From an uncultured Rothia sp. (GTDB taxonomy: Bacteria; Actinomycetota; Actinomycetes; Actinomycetales; Micrococcaceae): a DNA stretch of 64,000 bases. Position numbers and translations under genes: made by a program. Of this stretch, positions 39,365 through 49,264 are shown in pieces. Within the stretch, counting starts at the first letter, position 1; each line of letters opens with the position of its first letter. The notes under the pieces are model-generated. The model had not been told where the DNA came from. It ran no database searches and was given only the letters and a program-made list of their open reading frames with translations. The stretch lies in contig NZ_CAKAPD010000001.1 of NCBI RefSeq assembly GCF_916715725.1, positions 175,835-239,834 on the forward strand, in the 5' to 3' direction.

Positions 39365-39940
39365 CTAGCTGAGGCGAGCAAACCCCTCCGCAATAGCCAC
39401 ACGCATATCGTCCAGCGTGCGGGACATGGTCTTGGTGTGAGCGATAATCGGCAGGAAATTTGTATCCCCACTCCAGCGCGGCAAAATGTGCTGATGCAGG
39501 TGATCAGCAATGCCCGCGCCGCCAACCTTGCCCTGGTTGATACCGATGTTGAAGCCGTCATTATGCGACACCTCGCGCAGAACCTTCATGGCGAGCTGCG
39601 TCAGCTGCGCAATCTCAATGGTTTCCGCCTCGGTCGCATCATCGTAGAACGGGATGTGGCGGTACGGGCAGACCAGCAGGTGCCCGGGGTTGTACGGATA
39701 GAGGTTGAGAATCACGAAGGCATGCTCGCCGCGGTGCACAATCAGCGACTCCTCGTCACTGCGGCTGGGCGCGGTGCAGAAGGGGCAGGTCTTCTCGGTA
39801 TAGTCCTTCTGGCCGCCACTCACGTAGGCGGTGCGGTGAGGGGTCCACAGGCGCTGGAACTGGTCCGGTGCGCCGGGCAGCTCGAAGGAATCCTGCACCG
39901 AGGCTGCGGTGCCATGCTCGGGGGTCGTGTTCTCGCTCAT
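39365..39940 (-). CDS. HIT family protein (histidine triad nucleotide-binding/Ap4A phosphorylase-like)
   Basis: HLHQHILPR histidine-triad motif plus CPFC in a 191-aa ORF. Confidence 0.75.
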   Translation of the reverse strand: MSENTTPEHGTAASVQDSFELPGAPDQFQRLWTPHRTAYVSGGQKDYTEKTCPFCTAPSRSDEESLIVHRGEHAFVILNLYPYNPGHLLVCPYRHIPFYDDATEAETIEIAQLTQLAMKVLREVSHNDGFNIGINQGKVGGAGIADHLHQHILPRWSGDTNFLPIIAHTKTMSRTLDDMRVAIAEGFARLS

Positions 39941-40027
39941 AGTCCCATTCTATAGCCCGCACGCGGCAACGGGAACGCCCCGTCCGTCATGCGTGTCAGA
40001 TATGAGATAACTCCCCCGGCAGCGCGC

Positions 40028-40675
40028 TTAGCTGTGCTGCTTTTCCAGGCGAATGATGCGGGTGGCACCCTCAAAGGTCATGGGGAAGCTCAGCACGCCG
40101 TCCTCCATGACGAATTCCTTAGTTTCCTTATCGGAGGCGTACGGCGCGTGGCTCAGCTTCGCATGGTCCACGTGCGAAATGTAGCTGAAGTTGCCGGTCT
40201 TCGCCTCGAAAGTGCCCGCCCAGAAGGGGGTTGCCAGCTCTTCGTGGTTCAGGTGGTAGGTGACCTCGATAATGCCGTCGTGAATGACGGCGTCCATGTA
40301 GTTCTCAAGGTTGGTGGAGTCCTGCTGAACCCAGGTGCCGTCCATGATTTTCTGCGAGCGCGCAACGGCTGCCGAGGAAGGCATGGGCGCCGCGGTGTAT
40401 GCGGCAGGCTCCTGGTTGCTCGTGTTGTCCGGCGCGGGGGTCTCAGTGGGCTGAGTCGCGGTCGGGTGAATCGACGGGTCATCCGAGGCATTAACCGCCG
40501 CCTTAATTCCGGTGCTGTCATCGCCGGGGGCGGGAACGGCACTAGGCTCGACGGTTTCAAAAGCTGCGGGGTCAACAACCGCACTTGCGGAGGCGTTATT
40601 CGGTGCGGGTGCGCACGCGGTGAGGGAGAGCGCGCCGAGTAGAGCGAGCGCGCCCAGAGTGGACTTAGGTACCAC
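40028..40675 (-). CDS. lipoprotein (signal peptide with LTAC lipobox)
   Basis: N-terminal MVPKSTLGALALLGALSLTAC. Confidence 0.6.
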   Translation of the reverse strand: MVPKSTLGALALLGALSLTACAPAPNNASASAVVDPAAFETVEPSAVPAPGDDSTGIKAAVNASDDPSIHPTATQPTETPAPDNTSNQEPAAYTAAPMPSSAAVARSQKIMDGTWVQQDSTNLENYMDAVIHDGIIEVTYHLNHEELATPFWAGTFEAKTGNFSYISHVDHAKLSHAPYASDKETKEFVMEDGVLSFPMTFEGATRIIRLEKQHS

Positions 40676-40995
40676 GAACGTGTCCTAACAGAGTTATGTG
40701 TTTGAGTGAGTTTGTGAGTTGAGTGGTGCCTCCCCGTGAGTGAGGTGGGGATACGACGACACCCCGTAGCGCATTGAGGCTACAGGGCGTTCGATAACCG
40801 GCACGGTAGATAGTTTATAGGCTCTGGCTAGGAGTTTCACCAGTGGCGGCCATTTTTAAAAGATAGTTTGGTCACATTAGACCTTAAGGCGGGGCATTTT
40901 TCACCGGCGCAACCCTCAATTTGCACTCCGCACAGGCTAATTTTGCCTCGACAAGGCAAAATATACCGCTCAGTGGCGAGTGCGGGGCTTGATTC

Positions 40996-41058
40996 CACCT
41001 TCACGTGGGCTCGGCACCCAAACCCACCGCCACAGCGGGCGGGCGGTGTGGGTTTGAG
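40996..41058. repeat. long imperfect palindrome (ggctcggcacccaaacccaccgcc…ggcggtgtgggtttgagtgccgagcc) downstream of the K+ channel gene
   Basis: About 25-bp arms with few mismatches. No adjacent U-tract. Confidence 0.5.
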
Positions 41059-41144
41059 TGCCGAGCCTCAACCGAACTGCTATATCTGCGCTGCTGTCTG
41101 CGCTGCCGCCCGGCCACTATTCGCGGGCTACTATTCGCAGGCTC

Positions 41145-42743
41145 CTACTGCTTGCGGGAACGCAACGAGAACTTCTCACGAATAATCGTGAACGTCTGGC
41201 GGGTCTCCTCCAGCAGGGCGACCGGCTCCTGCTCGCGCACAGCGACCTCATGAGAGGTCGAAGGCTCACCGGGCTCCTCAGCAGGTGCGGCGTTTGGAGC
41301 ATCTGCAGAAGCACCCGGTGCGGCAAAACCGGCAGCAGTAAAACCAGCGGAGTTGAAACCAGTACGGCGTGCCGCCTCCGCCTCCGAAGGAACCGGGTGC
41401 ACACCGTCTTCATCCACGACCTCGCGCAACGTGTAGTCGTGGGCTTCACGGCGCGCATACTCACGAGCTAGCAGGGCGCGCAGCTCAGAAATCTCCTGGC
41501 GAAGGTCGTCCACGTCAGCCTTGGTGGCGGGGTGCTCCTGCTCCTCCACTCCCCCGATTTTCTCGATAATCCAGCTCGCGAGCGCACCGGTAGCAACCGC
41601 GACCAAGCCCACGCCGTACAGCATGACGATCACGGCGATGACCCTGCCGATGCCGGTGACCGGGTAAACGTCGCCGTAGCCGACCGTGGCGAGGGTCGTG
41701 AACGTCCACCAGTAGGCGGTGGGCAGGTCGCGAATCATCGCGCCCGGTTCGGAGGACTCCACCGAATAGATCGACAGGGCAAACATGATGATAAAGATCG
41801 CGGTGTAGCCGAAGAGCTTCATCCCCAGTTCGGAGAGCCTCTTGTACTGGCGGTTGGCGGTCAGGTGAATCATGGCGAGGAAGCTGACAATACGCCACGC
41901 GGGCAGCAACACAATCGCCAGGTTCATCAGGTTATGCGTGATGAAGTAGAGTCGCCGTGGCGCCAGGTACAGGCGAATGCAGTAGTCGGCGGCGAATAGG
42001 CCCCACAGAATCATCTGAATGATGTTGAGGTACCCGTCATACGGTTCCTGGATGCGCGTGCTCATGATGGGTGCGGCGAACGCGAGCAGGTACAGCACGG
42101 ACGCCACGAACATGGGCGTTGAGGAGCGTTCCTCCCATGCCGCCAGGTTCTTCTCGCCGCGGTACTTGCTGAGCGTGCGGAAGAGGCGGGTTCGCGGAGT
42201 GCGACGCGGCGGGTCCGTGACGGTGCGGGTGACCGTGCGAATGGTCGTGGTGTGCGTTTCAGGCTCGCCCGTGTCAATGATTTCGGGGGTGCCATCAGGG
42301 TTACCCTGAGTACCCTTCTGGTCGCCCTGCTTGCCGCGCAGGTGATGCGTGGTGCGGGTGATGCGGCGTTCCTCGCGGTGCGTGCCGTCCGGTGCGTCAG
42401 TGGTGGCGTATTCTTCGACGACTTCTTCGTAGTCGTCGTCGGGGTCCAGGTCAGTGGAGTAGACGGCGTGGGCGCTGTCCAGGCGGGCGCTATCAATCTG
42501 CACGGCGTCTACGGGCAGGGCGGTAGGCTCTGCCGGACTCGCTGCAGCGGGGCTAGCTGCAGCGGGGGCGGTTTCAGATGCGGTAGTTTCAGGGCGCACA
42601 GACGCACCCGCCGGGCTGTTCCCCGCGCTATTCGCAGGGATATTGCCCGAGGTGTTCTCGGCCGAGGTATTCCCTGCCGACGTATTGGGTGCTGTGCCGT
42701 TCTTTACCGTGTTTTCTGCCTGGTTCTGTTCCGCCTTATCCAT
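41145..42743 (-). CDS. potassium channel family protein (TVGYGD selectivity filter) with a roughly 215-aa low-complexity N-terminal extension
   Basis: TTLATVGYGDVYP pore signature with flanking TM helices. The N-terminus is Ala/Pro/Thr-rich. Confidence 0.75.
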   Translation of the reverse strand: MDKAEQNQAENTVKNGTAPNTSAGNTSAENTSGNIPANSAGNSPAGASVRPETTASETAPAAASPAAASPAEPTALPVDAVQIDSARLDSAHAVYSTDLDPDDDYEEVVEEYATTDAPDGTHREERRITRTTHHLRGKQGDQKGTQGNPDGTPEIIDTGEPETHTTTIRTVTRTVTDPPRRTPRTRLFRTLSKYRGEKNLAAWEERSSTPMFVASVLYLLAFAAPIMSTRIQEPYDGYLNIIQMILWGLFAADYCIRLYLAPRRLYFITHNLMNLAIVLLPAWRIVSFLAMIHLTANRQYKRLSELGMKLFGYTAIFIIMFALSIYSVESSEPGAMIRDLPTAYWWTFTTLATVGYGDVYPVTGIGRVIAVIVMLYGVGLVAVATGALASWIIEKIGGVEEQEHPATKADVDDLRQEISELRALLAREYARREAHDYTLREVVDEDGVHPVPSEAEAARRTGFNSAGFTAAGFAAPGASADAPNAAPAEEPGEPSTSHEVAVREQEPVALLEETRQTFTIIREKFSLRSRKQ

Positions 42744-42902
42744 AGTGTGAATGATACTCCGCGCCGTTGCGTTTGCGTTTCTATTTCATTGCACTGCGAG
42801 CATTTAACCTGACACAATATGTGGTGTACCTATCACCTCGGTTGCGCTATCCCGCAGTGTTACTGCCCCGTAGCGTTGCCGACCCGCACATCGGAGTGCC
42901 TT

Positions 42903-43808
42903 ATGCCTTCACACACCACCGCTTTCTTCTTCCGTCACCCGAGCTTCCGTCAGCTGGGCGTGAGCCTGTGCCTCTCCGGTGCGCTCGCCGCCGCCCTGGG
43001 CGGGTGCGCCTCCCTGAACCCCTCCCCTTCTGCGTCTGCTGAGACTTCGTCTGAGCCGACTGCGGCGAGCCACGCAACGGCGCCGGTGCTTCAGGATTCT
43101 GAGGGCTTCCGCCTGTTTACCGGTCGCGGTGCTGTTGAGGAGGCGGTCTTTGAGGGCCCGGCGGCGCCCGCCTCCTATTCGTATGTGGAGTTTGAGCGTC
43201 GCGGTGAGCCGGAGGGCACGATGAAGGTTTCGGTCACTGACGGTTCGGGCACTCAGGTTGAGGTGGTTGCTGGCGGTTCGGGTGAGGGTGCGGGCGTGTG
43301 GGTTCGTAATACGGCGAGCGCGTCTGCGCCAGCTCCTTCTGGTACCGCTCCTTCTAGTTCCGCGAAGTCTGCGGGGGCGGTGAGTGTGCCGTATAGTTCG
43401 GCGCGTGTGACGGCGTCGACGTCGCAGCTGATTGATGATGCGCAGTGGATGGTGTCGGTTCGTGCGGCGGGTGTTGGTTCTTCGGGTGAGTTTGAGGCGC
43501 CTGATGGTGTGCCGTTGACGAGTCAGAGCGCGGAGGTTGGCGAGATTCAGATGCAGGGCAGCCGCGGTTTTGTGCACGATACGGTGTCGAGTGGCGCCTC
43601 GGTTGCGGTAGAGAACCGTTCGGGTGCGAAGATGACGGTGTATTGTGCGGGTGTGGATCGTAAGGAGCGTAGTGTGCCTGCGGGTGGCCGCGTGTTTGTG
43701 GAGGATTTGGGGGTGCGTGGTTCGGCGGGTTCTCCTCTGTTTTGTGGTGTGGTGACTTCTGATAGTACTGCTAGCTGGAATGTTACGGCGCTCGGCGGCC
43801 GCGCCTAA
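42903..43808 (+). CDS. lipoprotein (LGGC lipobox), Ser/Ala/Gly-rich
   Basis: I chose the internal start MPSHTTAFFFRHPSFRQLGVSLCLSGALAAALGGCAS. Confidence 0.6.
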   Translation: MPSHTTAFFFRHPSFRQLGVSLCLSGALAAALGGCASLNPSPSASAETSSEPTAASHATAPVLQDSEGFRLFTGRGAVEEAVFEGPAAPASYSYVEFERRGEPEGTMKVSVTDGSGTQVEVVAGGSGEGAGVWVRNTASASAPAPSGTAPSSSAKSAGAVSVPYSSARVTASTSQLIDDAQWMVSVRAAGVGSSGEFEAPDGVPLTSQSAEVGEIQMQGSRGFVHDTVSSGASVAVENRSGAKMTVYCAGVDRKERSVPAGGRVFVEDLGVRGSAGSPLFCGVVTSDSTASWNVTALGGRA

Positions 43809-44058
43809 GAAAACCTGACCGGCATCCGGGTGGTGGGTGCGCCTCCTCAGATATACCCAGGTAGCCCCGCACGACACCCTGGAAAGCCAGTAAATACGCG
43901 GCAAACCTACGCATCGGCACGGTGTATAACCCACCCCCTTTATGGTGACAAGTAGTCGCCAAGCTTAGCCATAGCTAACCGGAAAAGACGGTGTTCAAAG
44001 GAAGATACTGGAATAAGGACAGCATTCACACACCTGTCACCAGTAAGGAAGCAAGATC

Positions 44059-46968
44059 ATGACCACCGTTGTGTCAAATACGTCCGAAGCCCTCAAGTCC
44101 CCCTACGAGGACACCCTCAAGCGCCTACTCTCCGACGCGCGCGCCGAGGCAGTCGAATCCAGCGTCTCCGAACTCGAACGCCTGGCAATCTCGCACGACG
44201 CATCCCACTACCTGCTCGTGCCCGCCGGCCTGATTCGCCCCGACTCCGCCGAAGACGTCGCAAACATCTTCCGTGCAGCCGGCGACCTCGGCCTGCCGCT
44301 GACCTTCCGCTCCGGCGGCACCTCCCTCTCCGGCCAGTCCAGCGGCGACGGTCTGATGGTCGACACCCGCCGCCACTTCAAGAAGATCGAGGTCCTTGAA
44401 GACGGCAAGAAGGTGCGCGTGCAGCCCGGCGCGACCATCATGATGGTCAACAACTACCTGGCACCATACGGCTACAAGCTCGGCCCCGACCCGGCATCCT
44501 GGTCCGCCTGCACCATCGGTGGTGTGGTCGCGAACAACTCCTCCGGCATGTCTTCGGGTACCAAGTACAACACCTACAACACCCTGGACTCCATGGTGTT
44601 CGTGCTGCCCAGCGGCACCATCATTGACACCGCCGAGCCGGACGCCGACCAGAAGCTGCGCGCCCTCGAACCCGAGCTTCACGAGGGCCTGCTGCGCCTG
44701 CGCAAGCGCGTGCTTGAGAACCCCGAGTCCATGGCGAAGATTCGCCAGCAGTACTCCATGAAGAACACCATGGGTTACGGCCTGAACTCCCTGGTCGACT
44801 TCGAGACCCCCGTGGACATTCTGCAGCACCTGCTGATCGGTTCGGAGGGTACCCTCGGCTTCGTGGCTTCGGCAACCTACCGCACCCTGCCGATTCTGAA
44901 GAACACCTCGACCGGCCTGCTCGTGTTCGACAACCTCATCGATGCGGCACGTTCCGTGCCCGAACTGGTCGCCAACAAGCTGGCAACCGTCGAGCTGATG
45001 GACGCCACCAGTATTCGTGTGGCTCAGCGTACCGGCCAGGCTGCGGAAGCACTCGCCGCCATCGACGTGAAGGATCACGCCGCGCTGCTGGTTGAGTTCC
45101 AGGGCAACTCCGAGCAGGAGCTGAACGACCTTGCCGCTGCTGCAGCACCCATGTTTAAGAGCCTGCCCGTGGCTTCGCCGGTGTCGATGACCAGCAAGCT
45201 GTCCGAGCGTAACGCCCTATGGGCGGCACGCCGCGGCCTGTACACCACCGTCGCGGGCAACCGCCCCTCCGGCACGAACGCACTGCTTGAAGACGTGGTC
45301 GTGCCCGTCGAGGTTCTGGGCAACACCTGTAGCGACCTGACCAAGCTGTTCGACGCCCACGGCTACAAGGACTCCGTGATTTTCGGTCACGCGAAGGACG
45401 GCAACATCCACTTCATGCTGAACGAGCAGTTCCGCGACCCGAAGCAGCTGGACCGCTACCGCGAGTTCACCGAAGAAATGGTTCAGCTGATCCTTGCCGC
45501 TGACGGCTCGCTGAAGGCTGAGCACGGTACCGGCCGCATCATGGCTCCGTTCGTGAGCCGCCAGTTCGGTGACGAGCTCTTCGACGTGATGCGCCAGATC
45601 AAGCGCCTCATCGACCCGAAGGGCTTCATGAACCCCGGCGTGCTGATTGCCGAGCCGGACACCGACTACGTGACCGACCTGAAGGTCGCCGAGACCGTTG
45701 AGGAAGAAGTCGACCGCTGTGTGGAGTGCGGCTACTGCGAGCCGGTCTGCCCTTCCCGCAACCTGACCCTCACCCCGCGTCAGCGTATTGTGATGCGCCG
45801 TGAGATTGCCGCCGCCGAAGTGAACGGCGACCACGAGCTCGCCGAGCGCCTGCGCAAGGAGTACGAGTACAACGGCATCGACACCTGCGCCGTGGACGGC
45901 ATGTGCCAGACCCGTTGCCCCGTGAACATTAACACCGGTGACCTGATTCGCCGCCTGCGTTCTGAGAACCAGGACAAGCTCGCCGCCGCCGGCTGGAAGG
46001 TCGCCGCGCAGCAGTGGGGCATCATGGACAAGGTCGCAGGCAAGGCCCTGACCGTAGCCAAGAAGATGCCGTTCCCCATCGTGCACGGCACCACCGACAT
46101 TGCCCGCAAGGTCATGGGCGACGACATGGTTCCCTCCTACAAGAAGGACCTGCCCGTCGGTGGCCCGGCACGTAAGCCTCACAAGGATGCAACCGCCGAA
46201 ATCGTGTTCTTCCCCGCCTGCGTGAACTCCATGTTCGGCGGCGTGGACGGCGACGGCAAGCACGACCCGGTCAACGCAACCCAGGCGTTCATCCGCCTGT
46301 GTGAGCGTGCGGGCGTGAAGTACCGCATCCCGGACAACATTGGCGAGATGTGCTGCTCCACCCCGTGGAAGTCGAAGGGCTTCACCGACGGCTACTCGAT
46401 CATGAGCGACCGCGTGCTGAAGTCCCTGTGGGAGGCTACCGACGGTGGCCGCCTGCCGGTCGTGTGTGACGCTTCGTCCTGTACTGAGGGCCTTGAGGTG
46501 ATGCGCCAGAAGGTTATTAAGGCGCTTGAGCACAAGATCGTGAACGGCCTGCAGCCGGGCGAGCCGGACTACTCGCGTCTGCGCATGTACGACGCGGTGC
46601 AGTTCGCCGCCGACAACTTGCTGGACAAGCTGACTGTGTCTGCTCCCCTGCCGTCGGTTGCTCTGCACCCGACCTGTTCGATGACTCACCTGGGCACTCA
46701 GCCTGCGTTTGAGAAGATTGCGAACGCGATGAGTGACGACGTGTACGTGCCGAAGCACTGGGGTTGCTGTGGCTACGCGGGTGACCGCGGTATGCTGCAC
46801 CCCGAGCTGACCGCAAGCGCTACGGAGGCTGAGGCTACGGAGCTGAGCGAGCAGAAGGAGTTTGCCGCATACATTTCGGCTAACCGTACCTGCGAGCAGG
46901 GCATGACCGAGGCGACCGGCCACACCTACCAGAACGTGCTGCAGCTGCTGGAACGCACCACCCGATAA
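44059..46968 (+). CDS. FAD-binding and Fe-S/CCG-domain oxidoreductase (YdiJ / D-2-hydroxyacid dehydrogenase-like fusion)
   Basis: FAD-linked oxidase domain, a 2x CxxCxxC(P) ferredoxin-like motif (CVECGYCEPVCP, CQTRCP) and C-terminal CCG regions. 969 aa. Confidence 0.85.
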   Translation: MTTVVSNTSEALKSPYEDTLKRLLSDARAEAVESSVSELERLAISHDASHYLLVPAGLIRPDSAEDVANIFRAAGDLGLPLTFRSGGTSLSGQSSGDGLMVDTRRHFKKIEVLEDGKKVRVQPGATIMMVNNYLAPYGYKLGPDPASWSACTIGGVVANNSSGMSSGTKYNTYNTLDSMVFVLPSGTIIDTAEPDADQKLRALEPELHEGLLRLRKRVLENPESMAKIRQQYSMKNTMGYGLNSLVDFETPVDILQHLLIGSEGTLGFVASATYRTLPILKNTSTGLLVFDNLIDAARSVPELVANKLATVELMDATSIRVAQRTGQAAEALAAIDVKDHAALLVEFQGNSEQELNDLAAAAAPMFKSLPVASPVSMTSKLSERNALWAARRGLYTTVAGNRPSGTNALLEDVVVPVEVLGNTCSDLTKLFDAHGYKDSVIFGHAKDGNIHFMLNEQFRDPKQLDRYREFTEEMVQLILAADGSLKAEHGTGRIMAPFVSRQFGDELFDVMRQIKRLIDPKGFMNPGVLIAEPDTDYVTDLKVAETVEEEVDRCVECGYCEPVCPSRNLTLTPRQRIVMRREIAAAEVNGDHELAERLRKEYEYNGIDTCAVDGMCQTRCPVNINTGDLIRRLRSENQDKLAAAGWKVAAQQWGIMDKVAGKALTVAKKMPFPIVHGTTDIARKVMGDDMVPSYKKDLPVGGPARKPHKDATAEIVFFPACVNSMFGGVDGDGKHDPVNATQAFIRLCERAGVKYRIPDNIGEMCCSTPWKSKGFTDGYSIMSDRVLKSLWEATDGGRLPVVCDASSCTEGLEVMRQKVIKALEHKIVNGLQPGEPDYSRLRMYDAVQFAADNLLDKLTVSAPLPSVALHPTCSMTHLGTQPAFEKIANAMSDDVYVPKHWGCCGYAGDRGMLHPELTASATEAEATELSEQKEFAAYISANRTCEQGMTEATGHTYQNVLQLLERTTR

Positions 46969-46999
46969 ACGGGCTGAGCGCATAAGCTGACGAAAGAAG

Positions 47000-47054
47000 G
47001 GACCCGGCGGGCTATCTGATTGATAGTCCGCCGGGTCCGTTTATGCTTGTTTCC
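47000..47054 (+). terminator. terminator hairpin between the convergent oxidoreductase gene and the hypothetical gene (ggacccggcgg-N17-ccgccgggtcc plus gtttatgcttgtttcc)
   Basis: 11-bp GC stem with a T-rich tract on the plus strand. On the minus strand the hairpin is followed by CCTTCTTTCG, so it may be bidirectional. Confidence 0.65.
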
Positions 47055-47067
47055 TTCTAGGCTGTCT

Positions 47068-47547
47068 TTAGGCAGTGACCAGGTGGGTTCCTAGCGCGTT
47101 CTGGGCAACTGCCTGTACCGGGCTCAGGTCGCCTTCTAGAACAACTGAGCCGTTCGGGATCATCTGTGCGTACTGCAAGAAAGTGCCGATTGTCAGGTCT
47201 TCGTGTGCGGTTTCTGGCTGGGTAACACCGGATGCGCTGGCAACGGTTGTTACGCCTCGTGAGTCTTGTCCGAGGTTTCGGACGCGTTCGGCTTGGATAA
47301 TCTGGGCGTAGAGCGTTCCGTTGATTTCGGTGACGATGATGACGGCTGATTCTCCAGCAATGTTACGGGAGCGGCGGAATACGTCAGCGACTTTCTCGCC
47401 GGGTGCTGCGGGGATGACGTGGCATTCTCCTCCGGCACGTTGAGCCGCTAGGGCTACGAGTGCGCGGTGTTCTGGATCGCGGCGGGCAGACAGGTTGAAG
47501 CGTCCCGCGATGCGAGCTCGTTCTTTCATCACTTCGATGCTTGCCAT
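47068..47547 (-). CDS. hypothetical protein (159 aa)
   Basis: ORF with intermediate GC (about 57%) at the boundary of the low-GC island. No family recognised. Confidence 0.5.
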   Translation of the reverse strand: MASIEVMKERARIAGRFNLSARRDPEHRALVALAAQRAGGECHVIPAAPGEKVADVFRRSRNIAGESAVIIVTEINGTLYAQIIQAERVRNLGQDSRGVTTVASASGVTQPETAHEDLTIGTFLQYAQMIPNGSVVLEGDLSPVQAVAQNALGTHLVTA

Positions 47548-47803
47548 TCTTCAATCCTTTCAAATGCGCCTTCTACGATAAAGGCTGTTGCTTCTTCGTA
47601 AGCGGCGTTGCTTTCCATAATACTATTCAGAGGTCGGTTCTCTTCGACCATGTAATAGCGAAGGCACAGGTATACCCGCGCAAGCACCGTGCTTGACCGC
47701 CGCCGTCGCGCAAAAAGATTGGGAACAACTAGGTGCGAGTACAGGATTTCAAACGAACCCTAGTGCGCTACCGTAGACACACCATATGGCACAGACACAC
47801 AAA

Positions 47804-47840
47804 AGAGAGGTAGGGCTGACAATAGCCCTACCTCTAAGAT
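47804..47840 (-). terminator. rho-independent terminator after the 60-aa peptide gene (gaggtagggct-gacaat-agccctacctc plus TCTTTTGTGTG on the minus strand)
   Basis: 11-bp perfect stem with a U-tract on the minus strand. Confidence 0.6.
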
Positions 47841-47861
47841 GTTTTAAGATAGCACGGTTGA

Positions 47862-48044
47862 CTAGTCATGATTCCTGAATGCAAAGAAGTACATGGTAGC
47901 CGATGCCAAACCCATACCTAAGGAAATCATAAGAACGTTTGGTGAACAAAGATTTCCCATTCCCTGAATCACTGTCAAGAACAGACAGGAAAGAGAAAAT
48001 ACGAGGATAAAAGCACCGATGCTCTGAAAACCAATACTTTTCAT
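47862..48044 (-). CDS. small hydrophobic peptide (60 aa, 2 predicted TM)
   Basis: MKSIGFQSIGAFILVFSLSCLFLTVIQGMGNLCSPNVLMISLGMGLASATMYFFAFRNHD. Low-GC codon usage. A terminator follows. Confidence 0.45.
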   Translation of the reverse strand: MKSIGFQSIGAFILVFSLSCLFLTVIQGMGNLCSPNVLMISLGMGLASATMYFFAFRNHD

Positions 48045-48154
48045 AATATACCTCCTTGGTTGCTTATAATTTATCTCGGCAGGTCCATGCAGCTACTGCC
48101 AGCTGAGCGGCCAAACCGGGAAGACCCCCAGCCCCCTTTTCTCAGTTGCAGCAC

Positions 48155-48310
48155 CTATTTTCGGCTATTAGATAGTCCAATAATCAATACTGCTATCGAG
48201 ATGCCGTAGAGAATTCCAAGCACCAGGTCGCTGACATTTGACACTACGTTCAAGATAATTGCCAGGATCAAGAACAGCATCCCAACAGGAACATACTTAT
48301 TCGACTTCAT
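48155..48310 (-). CDS. small hydrophobic peptide (51 aa, 2 predicted TM), possible paralog of the 60-aa peptide; not in the ORF track (<60 aa)
   Basis: Reverse-complement translation gives MKSNKYVPVGMLFLILAIILNVVSNVSDLVLGILYGISIAVLIIGLSNSRK*. Confidence 0.35.
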   Translation of the reverse strand: MKSNKYVPVGMLFLILAIILNVVSNVSDLVLGILYGISIAVLIIGLSNSRK

Positions 48311-48483
48311 ACGCTCGTGCTCCCTCAACAATCAACAGCGATACATCATTTTCAAGACCATCCAGCTACCCATTTTCTGAATGACTATGGACGTTCGCCT
48401 TACTACCACGCTAGCACTCTGGGGCTAAAAACTCCCTTCACGACACAACTTTCTTCACCCAACATCCCTCTCAAAGCACACAT

Positions 48484-48511
48484 AAAACCACCCCTCCGCA
48501 AGTTGTTCAAT
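48484..48511. repeat. left junction repeats of the low-GC cassette: aaaaccacccctccgca (resembles the thrS terminator arm) followed by aagttgttcaat
   Basis: The 12-mer aagttgttcaat recurs at 50577-50588. aaaaccacccc(c)tccgca recurs at 50704-50721. Confidence 0.5.
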
Positions 48512-48627
48512 ATTTAAAAATCTCTATTTTACTAATGAAGTAAAAATATTGGTATTACAGTGAAACACAAAATATGATACAATAAAAAATTAATAGTTTG
48601 ATTATTTATCAAAGGGTGGTAAGCATT

Positions 48628-49257
48628 ATGAAAAATATTTATATGTATGTTCAAGATACTATGGCCGATTGGGAACACGGCTATTTGATGCATGCACTAA
48701 GTTTGCAGGCTATGTTAGAAGAACCTAAAGTAAAATTATTAACGGTTTCTAAAGGGAAAAAGTCTATAAAAACTGCTGGAGGAATGACAATTGTTCCAGA
48801 TTTTAATCTATATGATATAGATATTGCAAATACAGATGCTCTATTGCTTATCGGAGGAGATAGTTGGTTAAACAATGAGCAAGATGACGTGTTAGAACTT
48901 GCCTCTAAACTACTACAAGAAAATATCTTAGTTGGAGCTATCTGTGGAGCCACTTTGGGATTAGCCGAAAAAGGAATTTTAGATAATCGATATCATACGA
49001 GTAATGCTTCATTCTTTTTAAGCCAGATGAGCCAACATTATCGAGGACATAGTTATTACAAAGATGAGACTGCAGTTCAAGACGGAAATCTTATTACCGC
49101 AAGTTCAGCCGGCTCTTTATTATGGGCTAAGTTAATTGTCGAGGAGTTGGGCCTGTATTCAAAAACTACAGTTGAAGCATGGTTTAATTATTTTTCAACG
49201 GGAGCCCCTCAATATTATGGGGAAATGATGAACTCTCTAGCAAAAGACGCATTGTAA
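48628..49257 (+). CDS. DJ-1/PfpI family protein (class I glutamine amidotransferase-like)
   Basis: GAICGATLGLA nucleophile-elbow region. Low GC. The ATG at 48628 is preceded by an AAAGGGTGG SD. Confidence 0.75.
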   Translation: MKNIYMYVQDTMADWEHGYLMHALSLQAMLEEPKVKLLTVSKGKKSIKTAGGMTIVPDFNLYDIDIANTDALLLIGGDSWLNNEQDDVLELASKLLQENILVGAICGATLGLAEKGILDNRYHTSNASFFLSQMSQHYRGHSYYKDETAVQDGNLITASSAGSLLWAKLIVEELGLYSKTTVEAWFNYFSTGAPQYYGEMMNSLAKDAL

Positions 49258-49264
49258 AGTTAAT

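Noticed and set aside
47529-47651. 40-codon minus-strand ORF overlapping the start of the 159-aa gene (possible antitoxin-like leader)
   Set aside because: It has no ribosome-binding site and sits in a different frame overlapping the downstream start. It is likely fortuitous.
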